Source of the DNA: a virus
Direction: 5' to 3' (one strand)
Length of the DNA: 64,000 nucleotides
Virus record (IMG/VR): IMGVR_UViG_3300009506_000011
Coordinates: 1-64,000 of that record
Shown here: positions 38,319-47,301 of the stretch, one piece after another
How the letters are laid out: every line of letters starts with the position of its first letter
Position numbering within the stretch: position 1 is the stretch's first letter
Notes under the pieces: generated by a model
The model's database searches: none
What the model was told of the DNA's origin: nothing
The model's input: only the letters and a program-made list of their open reading frames with translations
Position numbers and translations under genes: made by a program

Positions 38319-38377
38319 CCGAAACGTTGCCGCGCGAGCGGCGGCGTCCACCGGTAGCACCGTGTGCCGATGATGGC
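38318..38377 (+). ncRNA. variant type II hammerhead (HH3)
   Basis: GCC-GAAA, 9-bp stem III with GCGA loop, UC, bulged stem I, CCGAUGA-U-GGC. Confidence 0.6.
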
Positions 38378-38409
38378 AGAGCGAGGTAGCTCCTCGCAGG
38401 AGGACAATC

Positions 38410-38943
38410 GTGATCATCACCACCTCGGCGGTCACCGCCGATCCCAACGACACCTATCAGCCGTACCGGATGCGGCTCGCTTTCGCGCCGTCAGGCCAGT
38501 ATGCCGGCAGCTCCGCCACGCTGGATCTGATCGCCTATTACTCGGAGTACAGCGACACACACGAGCTGCACGGTCCCTACTGGCAGCTCGAATGCAACGC
38601 CCCGGCCTGCGAGCGGCCGGCGGTTTTCCGCGGTTCGCGAGACGAGCTGGCCGAGCTAGCCATGTGGTGGCTCGCTCGATTCGCCCCCGGACCCTACGAG
38701 GTGCCGGAGGAGCTCGAGGATCTCGCGGACGACGAATCTGCGGACGGCTGGGGATGGTACATCCGCGCTTCTCTCGCCGATCTCGTCGGCGTCCCAGCAG
38801 AGGATCAGTGGCTCGACCGGCGCGAGGCTGGCCGCGACGAAGAGTGTGACTGGCTCGCCGCGTCGGTCAACGACATGGCCGGCTGGCTACGCGGAGCCTA
38901 CGACAGCGCTGGCATGAGCCGTGCCTATGAGGTGCGGTCATGA
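38410..38943 (+). CDS. hypothetical acidic protein
   Basis: AGGAGG Shine-Dalgarno before GTG. Confidence 0.6.
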   Translation: MIITTSAVTADPNDTYQPYRMRLAFAPSGQYAGSSATLDLIAYYSEYSDTHELHGPYWQLECNAPACERPAVFRGSRDELAELAMWWLARFAPGPYEVPEELEDLADDESADGWGWYIRASLADLVGVPAEDQWLDRREAGRDEECDWLAASVNDMAGWLRGAYDSAGMSRAYEVRS

Positions 38944-39088
38944 GGCTCAGCATCATACGGCGGCGCCTGCTGCTGAGGCGCCTGCTAGAGAAAGGGTGCT
39001 CTGTGCGGCTACGCCGCATCGTCGAGCGCAACTGGAACCTGACTACGAGCTTGGCACCGTTGGTCAAACAGGATGAGCGAGGTGTGCC

Positions 39089-39703
39089 ATGCGAGCGCTG
39101 AGCATCCGCCAGCCCTGGCCAGAAGCGATCCTGCGGCCACCGTCGAGGGAATTCCCCTCGCCGAAGAGGATCGAGAATCGGACGTGCCGAGATGGCACGG
39201 CCGGCCAGCCGTGCTCTCACCGCGGTCCGGTGCTGCTCCACGCGAGCAGCGGCATGGCCGCCGCCGAGCTCAGCTCGGCGCTCGACATGTGGCGAGCCGC
39301 TCGGCTCATCACCGCCAGCGCGTCCCTCGGTGTCGTGACCGCGTTGCGGCGCGGTGGTATCGTCGGCTACTGCCGCGCGCTCGGTCACCTCCGGCCAGAC
39401 GGCACGGCCGCCGTGGTCGTCGATGGCGAGCCGCGGACCATGTCCGCCGCCGAAGTGCGGCGGCGCTTTGACCTGCGGTGGTGGAGTGGCGGCCACGGCC
39501 TGCTCCTGACCGACGTTGAGCAGCTGCCTTTCGTGCCATGCAGCGGCGCCCTCAACATGTGGCAGGTGCCTGCCGAGGTGCTCCAGCAGCTCGAAACGGC
39601 CGGCCGACGGTTCGACCGCTACGGCAACCTGCTCTACCGGACTCGCGTGCGCGGACACGAGCGATGGGTGACCATTCCGCGCGATGAAAGGATTGCGTCA
39701 TGA
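39089..39703 (+). CDS. ASCH-domain protein
   Basis: MRALSIRQPW, KRIENRT, HRGPVLLHAS, GGIVG, FVPCSGAL..W. Confidence 0.8.
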   Translation: MRALSIRQPWPEAILRPPSREFPSPKRIENRTCRDGTAGQPCSHRGPVLLHASSGMAAAELSSALDMWRAARLITASASLGVVTALRRGGIVGYCRALGHLRPDGTAAVVVDGEPRTMSAAEVRRRFDLRWWSGGHGLLLTDVEQLPFVPCSGALNMWQVPAEVLQQLETAGRRFDRYGNLLYRTRVRGHERWVTIPRDERIAS

Positions 39704-40389
39704 TCTGCGCCATTTGCTACTCCCCAACTTCCTACTCCCCAACTTCCTCACTCAACCCCCTGATCGTCGCGGCCGTGCGCGAGTGCGCCACGGTCGCCGA
39801 GGCTGCCCGGTGGCAGCGCCAGAGGACAGCGACGAACCCCGAGATCGTCAGCGGCTGCAATGCCTTGTGCGAGCTGCCAGGCGCCAAGCCCGGTGACCTG
39901 GTCGAGTGCTTCGGCGATGACTGGCTGCAGACCGGCGAGCTGACTGGCGTCGACGACGTGACGCAGTACCAGTGCCGTTGGCTCATCGAGCCGCGTCTGC
40001 TCGACGCTCGCGACCTTTTGCTGCGAGGGACCGAGCGGACGAGGGATCAGCTCCCGGAGCAGTACGGCGACGTCAGCGCCGCGTTGACGGTCGTCACGCA
40101 CGCGATCCTCAGCGGCGCACTGCATGACCGGGAGGCGGAGCTGCGCGAGGCATGGTCCGTCGTCGAGGAGGCATACCGGTGCGCCTGCCGCAGCACCGGC
40201 ATGGCCAACGAGGTCATGCGTGAGCAAACTCAGCCGCGCGACGAGGTGCGCTCGGCTATGGCTGCGCTGCCCCGTTTGCAGTCGATGTCGGCGCTGCTGG
40301 AGCGCGCGCTCAAGTGCTGCACCGCGGCGCTACGCTTGGCACTCGGCCGCTCCGACGCCGGCCAGCTCATTGCGGAGGTGGCGTCGTGA
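39700..40389 (+). CDS. hypothetical protein
   Basis: ATGA coupling. Confidence 0.55.
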   Translation: MICAICYSPTSYSPTSSLNPLIVAAVRECATVAEAARWQRQRTATNPEIVSGCNALCELPGAKPGDLVECFGDDWLQTGELTGVDDVTQYQCRWLIEPRLLDARDLLLRGTERTRDQLPEQYGDVSAALTVVTHAILSGALHDREAELREAWSVVEEAYRCACRSTGMANEVMREQTQPRDEVRSAMAALPRLQSMSALLERALKCCTAALRLALGRSDAGQLIAEVAS

Positions 40390-40540
40390 GCGCCTGGCGC
40401 GCCTTCCAAGGCGCAAATGGCTGGTATGTGGCCTGGGAGTCGGACGATGGTTTTCACCATCAGCCGTCGTTTCCGCGGTGGCTGACGGAAGAGGAAGCGC
40501 GTCGCGAGGCGCGGCGTCGCAATGAGGAGGAGGACGAGAT

Positions 40541-41500
40541 ATGAGCACGCGACTATACGCAGCCGCGCCCCGGCGCGGCGTTATCCCTGGCACTGGCTGC
40601 GAGCACGCGGCCGATCCGTTGCTCGGCTGGTGCGCCGAGTGTGGCTGGGCCTGGGAGCCAGACGAGAGCCGGCTGCCAAGAGGCACAGCGGTAGGACCAG
40701 ACGAGCTGATGGCAGCGATGCTCCGCGCGCCGCTCGACCGCTGCTCGCGATGTGGCGCGAACGCATGCGCTCGAACCGGACCGAGGGTTTGGGCCGAGTG
40801 GCTCTATGAGCGGCTGGACGGCGATCTGCTCGGCGCGGCCTACTACGGTCGCAGCCAGCTCCTGCCGGCGGAGGTCTACTCCGCCTGCGAAGCGCACGAG
40901 ATGTCGGCCAGGCAGCTCGAGTGGTGGTGGCTCGAGGTCGGGGAGCGATGGCACGAGCTCGCCGACAACCCCCGAGCCCGGTGGCTCGACGATTGCCACG
41001 GTTACGGTCCGAGCTACGCGCCGCTTGGCGAGATGTACCCGGACATCGTCGCCGACGGCCACGATCCGAGCACCTGTCCGGCGTGCAGAGCGTACCTCGG
41101 CGTGCCAGAGCCGTACCTCGATCTACCGAGGTGGTGCCATGCGGCGATGGACGATGCGTATGTTGGCCACGGCCGCGCCCTGACCGCCATCGCTGCTCAG
41201 GCCGATGTGGCCGCCGCGGTCGCGGCGCGCGCCATGTCCGTCTGGCCGTACGTGCCGAAGGACCCCACGGACGGATTCTGGCTGCTCCGCGGAGAAACCG
41301 CCCGCGGCCCATACAAGGCGCGGGAGCAGGCCGAGCTGGCGGCGAAGCAGCTCGGCGGACGCGTGCGCGAAGTGCGGCACGGCTGCTGGCAGCCGGAGCC
41401 AGCGGACATGAGCGGCAGCGAGCCGCAGGTTCCGCCCGGCGCGAAGCTACCGGATGTCCCATTGGTATGCCACCGGCAAGCGGTCAGCGGGGGAGTATGA
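40541..41500 (+). CDS. hypothetical protein with CxxC motifs
   Basis: ATGA coupling. Confidence 0.5.
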   Translation: MSTRLYAAAPRRGVIPGTGCEHAADPLLGWCAECGWAWEPDESRLPRGTAVGPDELMAAMLRAPLDRCSRCGANACARTGPRVWAEWLYERLDGDLLGAAYYGRSQLLPAEVYSACEAHEMSARQLEWWWLEVGERWHELADNPRARWLDDCHGYGPSYAPLGEMYPDIVADGHDPSTCPACRAYLGVPEPYLDLPRWCHAAMDDAYVGHGRALTAIAAQADVAAAVAARAMSVWPYVPKDPTDGFWLLRGETARGPYKAREQAELAAKQLGGRVREVRHGCWQPEPADMSGSEPQVPPGAKLPDVPLVCHRQAVSGGV

Positions 41501-41638
41501 CCTGGACGACGAGCTGTGCGGCGTGCCAGGCGTCTATAATGTCACGTCGCAACCGCATGATGATGGGTGGCACTATATGGTGCTCTGCCTCCCGAGCACG
41601 GCGGCGGAGCACGGATGGGAGCTGACCGACACGCCAGA

Positions 41639-42772
41639 CTAGCTGGCGTGCCACAGCAGCCGCGCCTGCGCCACCTCCGCTGGCGGCACCGGCCCGCCGA
41701 TGTATCGGAATGACGCGGTCATCTGGGCTAAGCGGGTTTGCGTCGTTTGGTGCCGCCAGTGTATCGCGCGCCGCACCTTGCGCTCGCGCACCATCTCCCA
41801 ATTTGGCGAATGCATCCGCGACGCCACCTGCGCCGGATGGGTGGGGGTCGTGCGCAGGCCGAGCCCGTTGGTCGCGGCGATGGCGCCAATCTTGTCGCTC
41901 AGCGCTGTCCCGATGCCGATCCCCTGAAAGTCTGGCAGCACGACCGTCCGGCTCGTGCGCCAGGTGTTTTTGACGTATCGGTGGGGGAATGGCATCACGC
42001 CGCAGAAGGCTGACGGGGCCCCGTCAATGAGCCCCATGAAGCACTTGGCAGACTTGTTCAGCTCGTGCGTCAGGTAGTGATGCGGAGCGAACCACGGCCA
42101 AGCCGCATGCTCGCAGCGGACGATCTCCAGCTCGATCCGGGGCCGGGGTTGAACCGACCTCCACGTCACAAGGCCGACGTGAGGCGCTGGGCGAGGCTCT
42201 AGGATCCAATCGGGCTGCAGCCACTCGACGAGGTCATCGTGGCAGGAGACTGCCACGAATCGCCGGTTTGACCGGCGCACGTGCTTTGCGACCGCAGCGC
42301 TGCCGATCTGGGCCACCTTCCGGTGGACGACGCTGGTGTACTCGTCGATTGCCACAAGCGGCCGCGGGTCGACCAGTGCTCTGGCGAGGTTGCACCGGAA
42401 GCGCTCGCCGTTGGACAGGACCCGGAACGGACGGAGCCACGCCGGCGGCGACGAGAAGCCCACAGACGACAGAGCCCTGATGACGTTGTCGATGGGCAAT
42501 GCCTCATCAAACTCAGTGACCACGGCGCCGTCGCCCCAGTCGTAACCCTCGATCAGTGCATCGCCGAAGAGGTGCCGGGCAATGCTTGTCTTGCCGCAGC
42601 CGCTCGGGCCGGTAATGAGCCCGATGCTCCACGGCCTCGCGTCGAGGTCCACGTCAGCGCGAATCTCCACCACGCTTTCAGCGGCAGACGGGATGTCGTA
42701 CATTCCCTCCACTTGCTTCACCCGGGCCGTTCGCTCAACGCCCGTCGCAAGCCTCAGATCAACGCGCGGCAT
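41639..42772 (-). CDS. ABC-type ATPase fused to a GNAT (Mom-like) acetyltransferase
   Basis: GPSGCGKT, LSNGE, IDEYTS, VSCH; then HHYL and RTVVLPDFQGIGIG. Confidence 0.85.
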   Translation of the reverse strand: MPRVDLRLATGVERTARVKQVEGMYDIPSAAESVVEIRADVDLDARPWSIGLITGPSGCGKTSIARHLFGDALIEGYDWGDGAVVTEFDEALPIDNVIRALSSVGFSSPPAWLRPFRVLSNGERFRCNLARALVDPRPLVAIDEYTSVVHRKVAQIGSAAVAKHVRRSNRRFVAVSCHDDLVEWLQPDWILEPRPAPHVGLVTWRSVQPRPRIELEIVRCEHAAWPWFAPHHYLTHELNKSAKCFMGLIDGAPSAFCGVMPFPHRYVKNTWRTSRTVVLPDFQGIGIGTALSDKIGAIAATNGLGLRTTPTHPAQVASRMHSPNWEMVRERKVRRAIHWRHQTTQTRLAQMTASFRYIGGPVPPAEVAQARLLWHAS

Positions 42773-43377
42773 GGCCAGCCCAGCTCCTCCAGCTCGCGCA
42801 GCTTTTCGAGCTGGTCCTCTTCGCCCTCGCACTCGACGACGATCGCGAACTGCTTCTGAGCGTCGCCCTGCCTGCGTCGCTGCTTGTTTCGCTCCTGGCT
42901 CTTGTCTGGCTCAGGCTCGATCTCAAGGCTCAGCAGCTGAGCGAACTGCTCCTCCGCGAACCCCAGGTCGAGCGCGTCGCTGACGTCCAGCTCGATGGGG
43001 CGAAGCGCCTCTGCCAGCGCCTCGTCCGTCCAGCTGCCCCGGCGCGTGTAGAGCTGCACCGTCAGCCGGCGCGCCTCGGCCTCGGTGATCCCGTCGAGGT
43101 AGACCGCCGGGCCTTCGAGCAGTCCGACGTCCAGAGCGCAGGTCCAGCGCTGCTCGCCGTCGATGATGACGTTGCGCTCCTCACCCTTTTCGTCCGTGCG
43201 CCAGACGAGCAGCGCCTGCGAGCTGAGCCAGCCCTCCTTCATGAAGCCAGCCTTCATGCTCTCGCGCTCCAGCTCGGTCATGGTGTTGCCATTCCAGCCG
43301 TTGGGCCGGAGCTTCGTCAAATCAACGATCTCAGTCTTGCCGCGGACGTGCGGCTGTCGCTTGCGCTTCTTCGCCAT
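42754..43377 (-). CDS. ParB/Srx-like nuclease-domain protein
   Basis: LRPNGWNGN.M, IIDGEQRW. Confidence 0.8.
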   Translation of the reverse strand: MAKKRKRQPHVRGKTEIVDLTKLRPNGWNGNTMTELERESMKAGFMKEGWLSSQALLVWRTDEKGEERNVIIDGEQRWTCALDVGLLEGPAVYLDGITEAEARRLTVQLYTRRGSWTDEALAEALRPIELDVSDALDLGFAEEQFAQLLSLEIEPEPDKSQERNKQRRRQGDAQKQFAIVVECEGEEDQLEKLRELEELGWPCRALI

Positions 43378-43627
43378 CTCTCCTCCGTCGAGCCATTGCT
43401 CGTACCGCCGCCAGCCGACGCTCGCGGTCGAGCTGCCAGCGGATCGGCGGATACAGCCTCGCCCATCGCTGTACCGTGCTAGCTGGCCAAGCTAGCTTTG
43501 CCATGTCGCCCCCGGCGCGGCGGATGGCGGCCATGACGAGGCGCCTCGCCGCCGCCTCCCCACGCCTCAGCCGCGCGCCGAGGGACCGGCCGCTGTCAGC
43601 CACTGGAGCTGGCCAGGACGGCATCAT
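43331..43627 (-). CDS. small putative HTH protein
   Basis: AGGDMAKLAWPASTVQRW. Confidence 0.35.
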   Translation of the reverse strand: MMPSWPAPVADSGRSLGARLRRGEAAARRLVMAAIRRAGGDMAKLAWPASTVQRWARLYPPIRWQLDRERRLAAVRAMARRRRDGEEAQATAARPRQD

Positions 43628-44499
43628 GCCGCGCAGAGCCCCCACGCGACGCAGCTCGGCGTCCCCTCAAAAAACCAGTCGTGCTGCCGGCCGCCGCGGC
43701 TCGTCCGCGCCCAGCTCACCGCCTCGTCGATCGGCCGGTTGGTGCTCTTGATGTCGTCGTCGCGCCGGGCAAGCTCGGCCTTGGTCAGCTGCCGGGAGAA
43801 CATCGTCGGCGGCGTCAACCCGAGGCTGTCGAAGGTCTCTCCCCGCGCCTCATAGCGAAGGCGCGCCGCCTCTTGGACGTCGGCCTCGAGCTGCCGGATC
43901 TCGTCGATGCGCGCGGGATCCAGGTCCGCTACCAGCCGGATCGCCGCCTTGCCAGAGCAGACACAGGGCCAGCAGCCGACACGCTCGGCGCCTTGCAGGT
44001 AGAGAGGGTTGGGCGCCAAACCGTGCCGGCGGTGGATCGCGATGACCTCGTCCTTCGTCCAGTCGATGATCGGCCGCCATACCTCGACATCTCCCCACGC
44101 CAAACGACCGCGTGGCACGTCACGCTCCGGCAGCTTCGCGCGGCGGCGGGACTCCTCGCGACGCACGCCTACCGCGTTGACGACGTGATCATCAAACCGT
44201 GCCATCCAGGCCGCCATCGGCTCAAGCTTGAGTGTGCGCGTACACCATCTCATGCGGGGCGTACGGCTGGGAAACATGCCTTTCTTGCGGCACCAGTCGG
44301 CAAAGCCGCCGCCGGGCGAGCGCACCACGTCGATCTGGCCGAGCTTGTCCTGCAGCGGTCCCAGCACGTACTCGACGGTGGACGGGTGCTCCCATCCCGT
44401 GTCGGCGAAAACCCGCAGGTGCTCGATGCCTTGCTCCAGCAGGTAGAGGCACGCAGCGGCGCTGTCCTTGCCGCCGCTCACGCTCACAATCGTGGTCAC
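43624..44499 (-). CDS. PAPS reductase (CysH/DndC-like) family protein
   Basis: SGGKDS, FADTGWEH, RWCT..LK, GVRREESRRRA, NPLY..G.ERVGCWPC. Confidence 0.9.
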   Translation of the reverse strand: MTTIVSVSGGKDSAAACLYLLEQGIEHLRVFADTGWEHPSTVEYVLGPLQDKLGQIDVVRSPGGGFADWCRKKGMFPSRTPRMRWCTRTLKLEPMAAWMARFDDHVVNAVGVRREESRRRAKLPERDVPRGRLAWGDVEVWRPIIDWTKDEVIAIHRRHGLAPNPLYLQGAERVGCWPCVCSGKAAIRLVADLDPARIDEIRQLEADVQEAARLRYEARGETFDSLGLTPPTMFSRQLTKAELARRDDDIKSTNRPIDEAVSWARTSRGGRQHDWFFEGTPSCVAWGLCAA

Positions 44500-44708
44500 T
44501 GCACCCCCGGCAGATGAAGCAGCAGCCGCAGCCAGGCCGGGGTTCGGCGCGCTTCCCGCGCCATCCGCGCTCGTCTGGCTGGACTGCTGTCCGTCAACGC
44601 CTCATGCCAGCACTGTCGCCGCCGTTGCAGCTCCTGGCGGACCTTGAAGGTAAGCCACGCTTCTAGCCACTTGAGCAGCGCGCCAGCACGCGGTCCGCGG
44701 TTTTCTAG

Positions 44709-44770
44709 ACGCGGGCGGGAATCGAACCCGCCCCCGGGACTGGAACCCGGGGCCCGCCATCGGGCCGCGT
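44709..44770 (-). ncRNA. miniature tRNA-like cloverleaf (CCA in the anticodon position)
   Basis: ACGCG/CGCGU; GCCCG-AUGG-CGGGC; CCCGGG-UUCCAGU-CCCGGG; GGCGGG-UUCGAUU-CCCGCC. Confidence 0.6.
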
Positions 44771-44814
44771 GCTGGCGCTTCATTCTGCCATGCTAGCGTG
44801 CTAGGCGGCAGACG

Positions 44815-45132
44815 TCAAGCCTTCCAGGCGCGGGCCGAGATCTCGCAGCTGTCGCCGCCGGGCCACACGGTGGCGGTGCCGTGGTAGGTCGCCGAGATCT
44901 GCTCGTCGCCCAGCCGGTGCGTCAGGACCAGGGTGCCGTCCACCGGGATCTCGTCTGCGCACGGCGGTCCCTCGGTGACGTCGCAGCGGACCGTGGCCGA
45001 GCCGTCGGAGTGGTCGAGTGTGACCGCCGCGTCCAGCGACAGCGCCGGCGGAAGCTCGTCTCGCCACCGACGGCGGATCTGCACCATGGCCTCCAGCGCC
45101 AGCCAGAGCGCCACAGCGAAGGCCGATCCCAT
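44815..45132 (-). CDS. hypothetical protein
   Basis: TGATG coupling. Confidence 0.45.
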   Translation of the reverse strand: MGSAFAVALWLALEAMVQIRRRWRDELPPALSLDAAVTLDHSDGSATVRCDVTEGPPCADEIPVDGTLVLTHRLGDEQISATYHGTATVWPGGDSCEISARAWKA

Positions 45133-45866
45133 CAGGCTCTCGACCTCCGGCGGATCAGCACCTGGAGCAGCTGAAGGAGAACGGCGCCCGTCATGCAGGC
45201 GTTGATCGCGACGACCTCGGACCAGACCTCGAGCAGCGTTCTGCCGGTCGCCCACGGAAGCGCGGCGGTCGCGATCGAGCCGGCCAAGAGAGCAATCGCG
45301 CAACCGGCCGCCGGCGATGGCGCCGGCCGGCCGCTGTCAAAAAGCCAGCGGCGCAGGTAGAGCAGGGACACGAGCAGGCCGCCCAGCTCAACGGCGTAGT
45401 AGAGCGAGAGCAGGTCATCGCCTCGAAGCTCCGGGTAGGCGACGACTACGAACAGCCACAGGCCGAGTCCAGCCGCGGCGACAGACCACCACGAATAATT
45501 TGTGATTTTGAGCCACATTGTGACAGGGTTCGGGCCACTTGTGCTCATGGTTTTCGCGGAATCATTGGAGTTGCACCGCGAATATTTCGGAGCAGAAAAG
45601 ACACACACTGCCAGCGCCGGCAGCGCGAGGATCGAAGCGAGGTACAGGCCCGCTTCGCCATGGCGAGCTGCCAGCCCCCAGCCGCTGCGGACGTCGTCCG
45701 TCGGCGGCTGCGCCGCGCTCAACGCAAGCCTCAGAAGGTCGAGGACGACGACGATCCAGAGGTACCACGCCACCGGCCTGACGCGGCTGTCCCGCCGAGC
45801 GGCCGCCACAGCGGCAACGCCCGCGACGCCAGACAGCGCCAGCAGGCTGACGTGGAGCACGGTCAT
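45132..45866 (-). CDS. multi-pass membrane protein
   Basis: About seven hydrophobic segments. Confidence 0.65.
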   Translation of the reverse strand: MTVLHVSLLALSGVAGVAAVAAARRDSRVRPVAWYLWIVVVLDLLRLALSAAQPPTDDVRSGWGLAARHGEAGLYLASILALPALAVCVFSAPKYSRCNSNDSAKTMSTSGPNPVTMWLKITNYSWWSVAAAGLGLWLFVVVAYPELRGDDLLSLYYAVELGGLLVSLLYLRRWLFDSGRPAPSPAAGCAIALLAGSIATAALPWATGRTLLEVWSEVVAINACMTGAVLLQLLQVLIRRRSRA

Positions 45867-45869
45867 GGC

Positions 45870-46103
45870 TCAGCCGCGAAGCTTCCAGAGCGCCAGCGCC
45901 GCGTCCGGGTGGACGATAACGCCGGCGAAGTCGGCGGAGTCGTAGGTGACCTGGCGGCCCTCGACGTCGCACGGCAGCTGCTCGCCCCGGTGAAGCTCGG
46001 GATCCTGGTAGATGACGAGCTCACCTCCGTCGATCGTGGGCTTCCAAGGGTTGGGTGGTGTTCCTCCTGCTGGCATGACCGGAAGATAGCCGGTCATGAG
46101 CAC
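45870..46103 (-). CDS. hypothetical protein
   Basis: Operonic ORF. Confidence 0.4.
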   Translation of the reverse strand: MLMTGYLPVMPAGGTPPNPWKPTIDGGELVIYQDPELHRGEQLPCDVEGRQVTYDSADFAGVIVHPDAALALWKLRG

Positions 46104-46142
46104 CGGGGCTAGCTGGCGGCCGCCTCATATCCACGAGCCGGT

Positions 46143-46376
46143 TCATGGGCTGATCGTCCAATTGCAGAACGGATCGAAGCGATCACCCTTTGGGCCGCGG
46201 AAGAAGCAAAACCAGTGACCGATGCCGTGGCGGCCATAGCGCACCTTCTCGGCACGCTCGTAGCACTTGAGCGCGTCACCATCGCGCCCGAGCCGTGCGA
46301 GTCGGCTAGCCTCGCGATAAAGGCCATCGCAGCGAAATTGCTGCGTGACGATGTGCAGCTTGGTCCGCCTCCGCAT
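46143..46376 (-). CDS. hypothetical basic protein, leaderless
   Basis: TTGACT-N17-TAGGCA-N6-ATG. Confidence 0.5.
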   Translation of the reverse strand: MRRRTKLHIVTQQFRCDGLYREASRLARLGRDGDALKCYERAEKVRYGRHGIGHWFCFFRGPKGDRFDPFCNWTISP

Positions 46377-46403
46377 CCCACTTGCCTACCACGGTCGGCT
46401 CTG

Positions 46404-46415
46404 CTAGTCAACTAG
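46404..46415 (-). promoter_or_regulatory. CTAGTTGACTAG promoter/operator
   Basis: Full motif. Confidence 0.65.
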
Positions 46416-46416
46416 C

Positions 46417-46911
46417 ATGCGATGCCCAAAATGCGGCGAAGCCGCCGAGCTGCTCAAGAAACCGTGCTGCGAGGACGCGTGGTCTGACCACGTGGTCGAC
46501 CACCCAAACGAGGCCGTCGCGGCGCTCCAACGGGGAGACTACGGAGGCGCCGCCAAGGCCGCAACCGAGCAGCTGGCGGTGGCCTTCGCCGTCATCACCG
46601 CAGCTGACCTCGCCAGCGGCGCTTCGCATCTGAGCGAGTTTCTTGTCTCGGGACGGGGCATCGCTCAAGTAACCTCTGCCGGACCGGTGGAGGCGCGGCT
46701 CGTGGCGAAGCTCAGAGCGAGCATCGGGCGTACCGCCGGCTCCGTCGTTTCCCGCGACGAGCAGCACACCGTCATGGCTGTGCTGCGGGTCAAGCTCGAC
46801 TGGCGGACCAGGCTCCGCGCGCTTTGGCGTGGTCGGCTCGCCATCGAGACGTCTGTCATGACGGAGCGCCTGCCCGGTCGCGCCTCCTGGAGCTGTCGCG
46901 TGGTAGGCTGA
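46417..46911 (+). CDS. hypothetical protein with an N-terminal Zn ribbon
   Basis: MRCPKCG...CC..H. Confidence 0.45.
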   Translation: MRCPKCGEAAELLKKPCCEDAWSDHVVDHPNEAVAALQRGDYGGAAKAATEQLAVAFAVITAADLASGASHLSEFLVSGRGIAQVTSAGPVEARLVAKLRASIGRTAGSVVSRDEQHTVMAVLRVKLDWRTRLRALWRGRLAIETSVMTERLPGRASWSCRVVG

Positions 46912-46914
46912 GCC

Positions 46915-47301
46915 ATGCCGGATTTTCAGCTCAAGCCCATCGGCTCCGAGGTGGTCGACTGGGACGATCCCGCGACGACGGACACGCCGAGCCGGCTCAA
47001 CCCGGTGGTGCGCCACCCGCACAAGTATCACCGGATCTTCCGAAACTTTCCTCTCACGATCAAGGCCATCGTGGACGGCATCGAGGGACCCGCGGATGGC
47101 GCACTCGGTGGCCGGCTCTTCGCTTGGAGCTGGGTGGTCACGCGGGAGTCTGGCTACGCGCCGCCGATTCCGACGTCTGCCGGCTTCAGCAGCACGGTGG
47201 TTTTCCCGGCCTTCCACTTCCTCACCGGCCACTACGAGCTGCTGTGCTCGCGGCCTGACGGTGGCGCCGTAGGCGTCACCTTCGAGATCGAGGACACCTG
47301 A
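46915..47301 (+). CDS. hypothetical, probably virion-associated protein
   Basis: Codon style like the structural genes; TAGGCT-N5-ATG. Confidence 0.5.
   Translation: MPDFQLKPIGSEVVDWDDPATTDTPSRLNPVVRHPHKYHRIFRNFPLTIKAIVDGIEGPADGALGGRLFAWSWVVTRESGYAPPIPTSAGFSSTVVFPAFHFLTGHYELLCSRPDGGAVGVTFEIEDT

Noticed and set aside
39718-39747. YSPTS-YSPTS resembling the RNA polymerase II CTD heptad
   Set aside because: A single exact 15-bp duplication; probably coincidental.
44709-44770. Calling a canonical tRNA-Trp gene
   Set aside because: Too short; lacks the U8/A14 linker, a normal D-loop, a 7-bp acceptor and CCA. Kept as tRNA-like.
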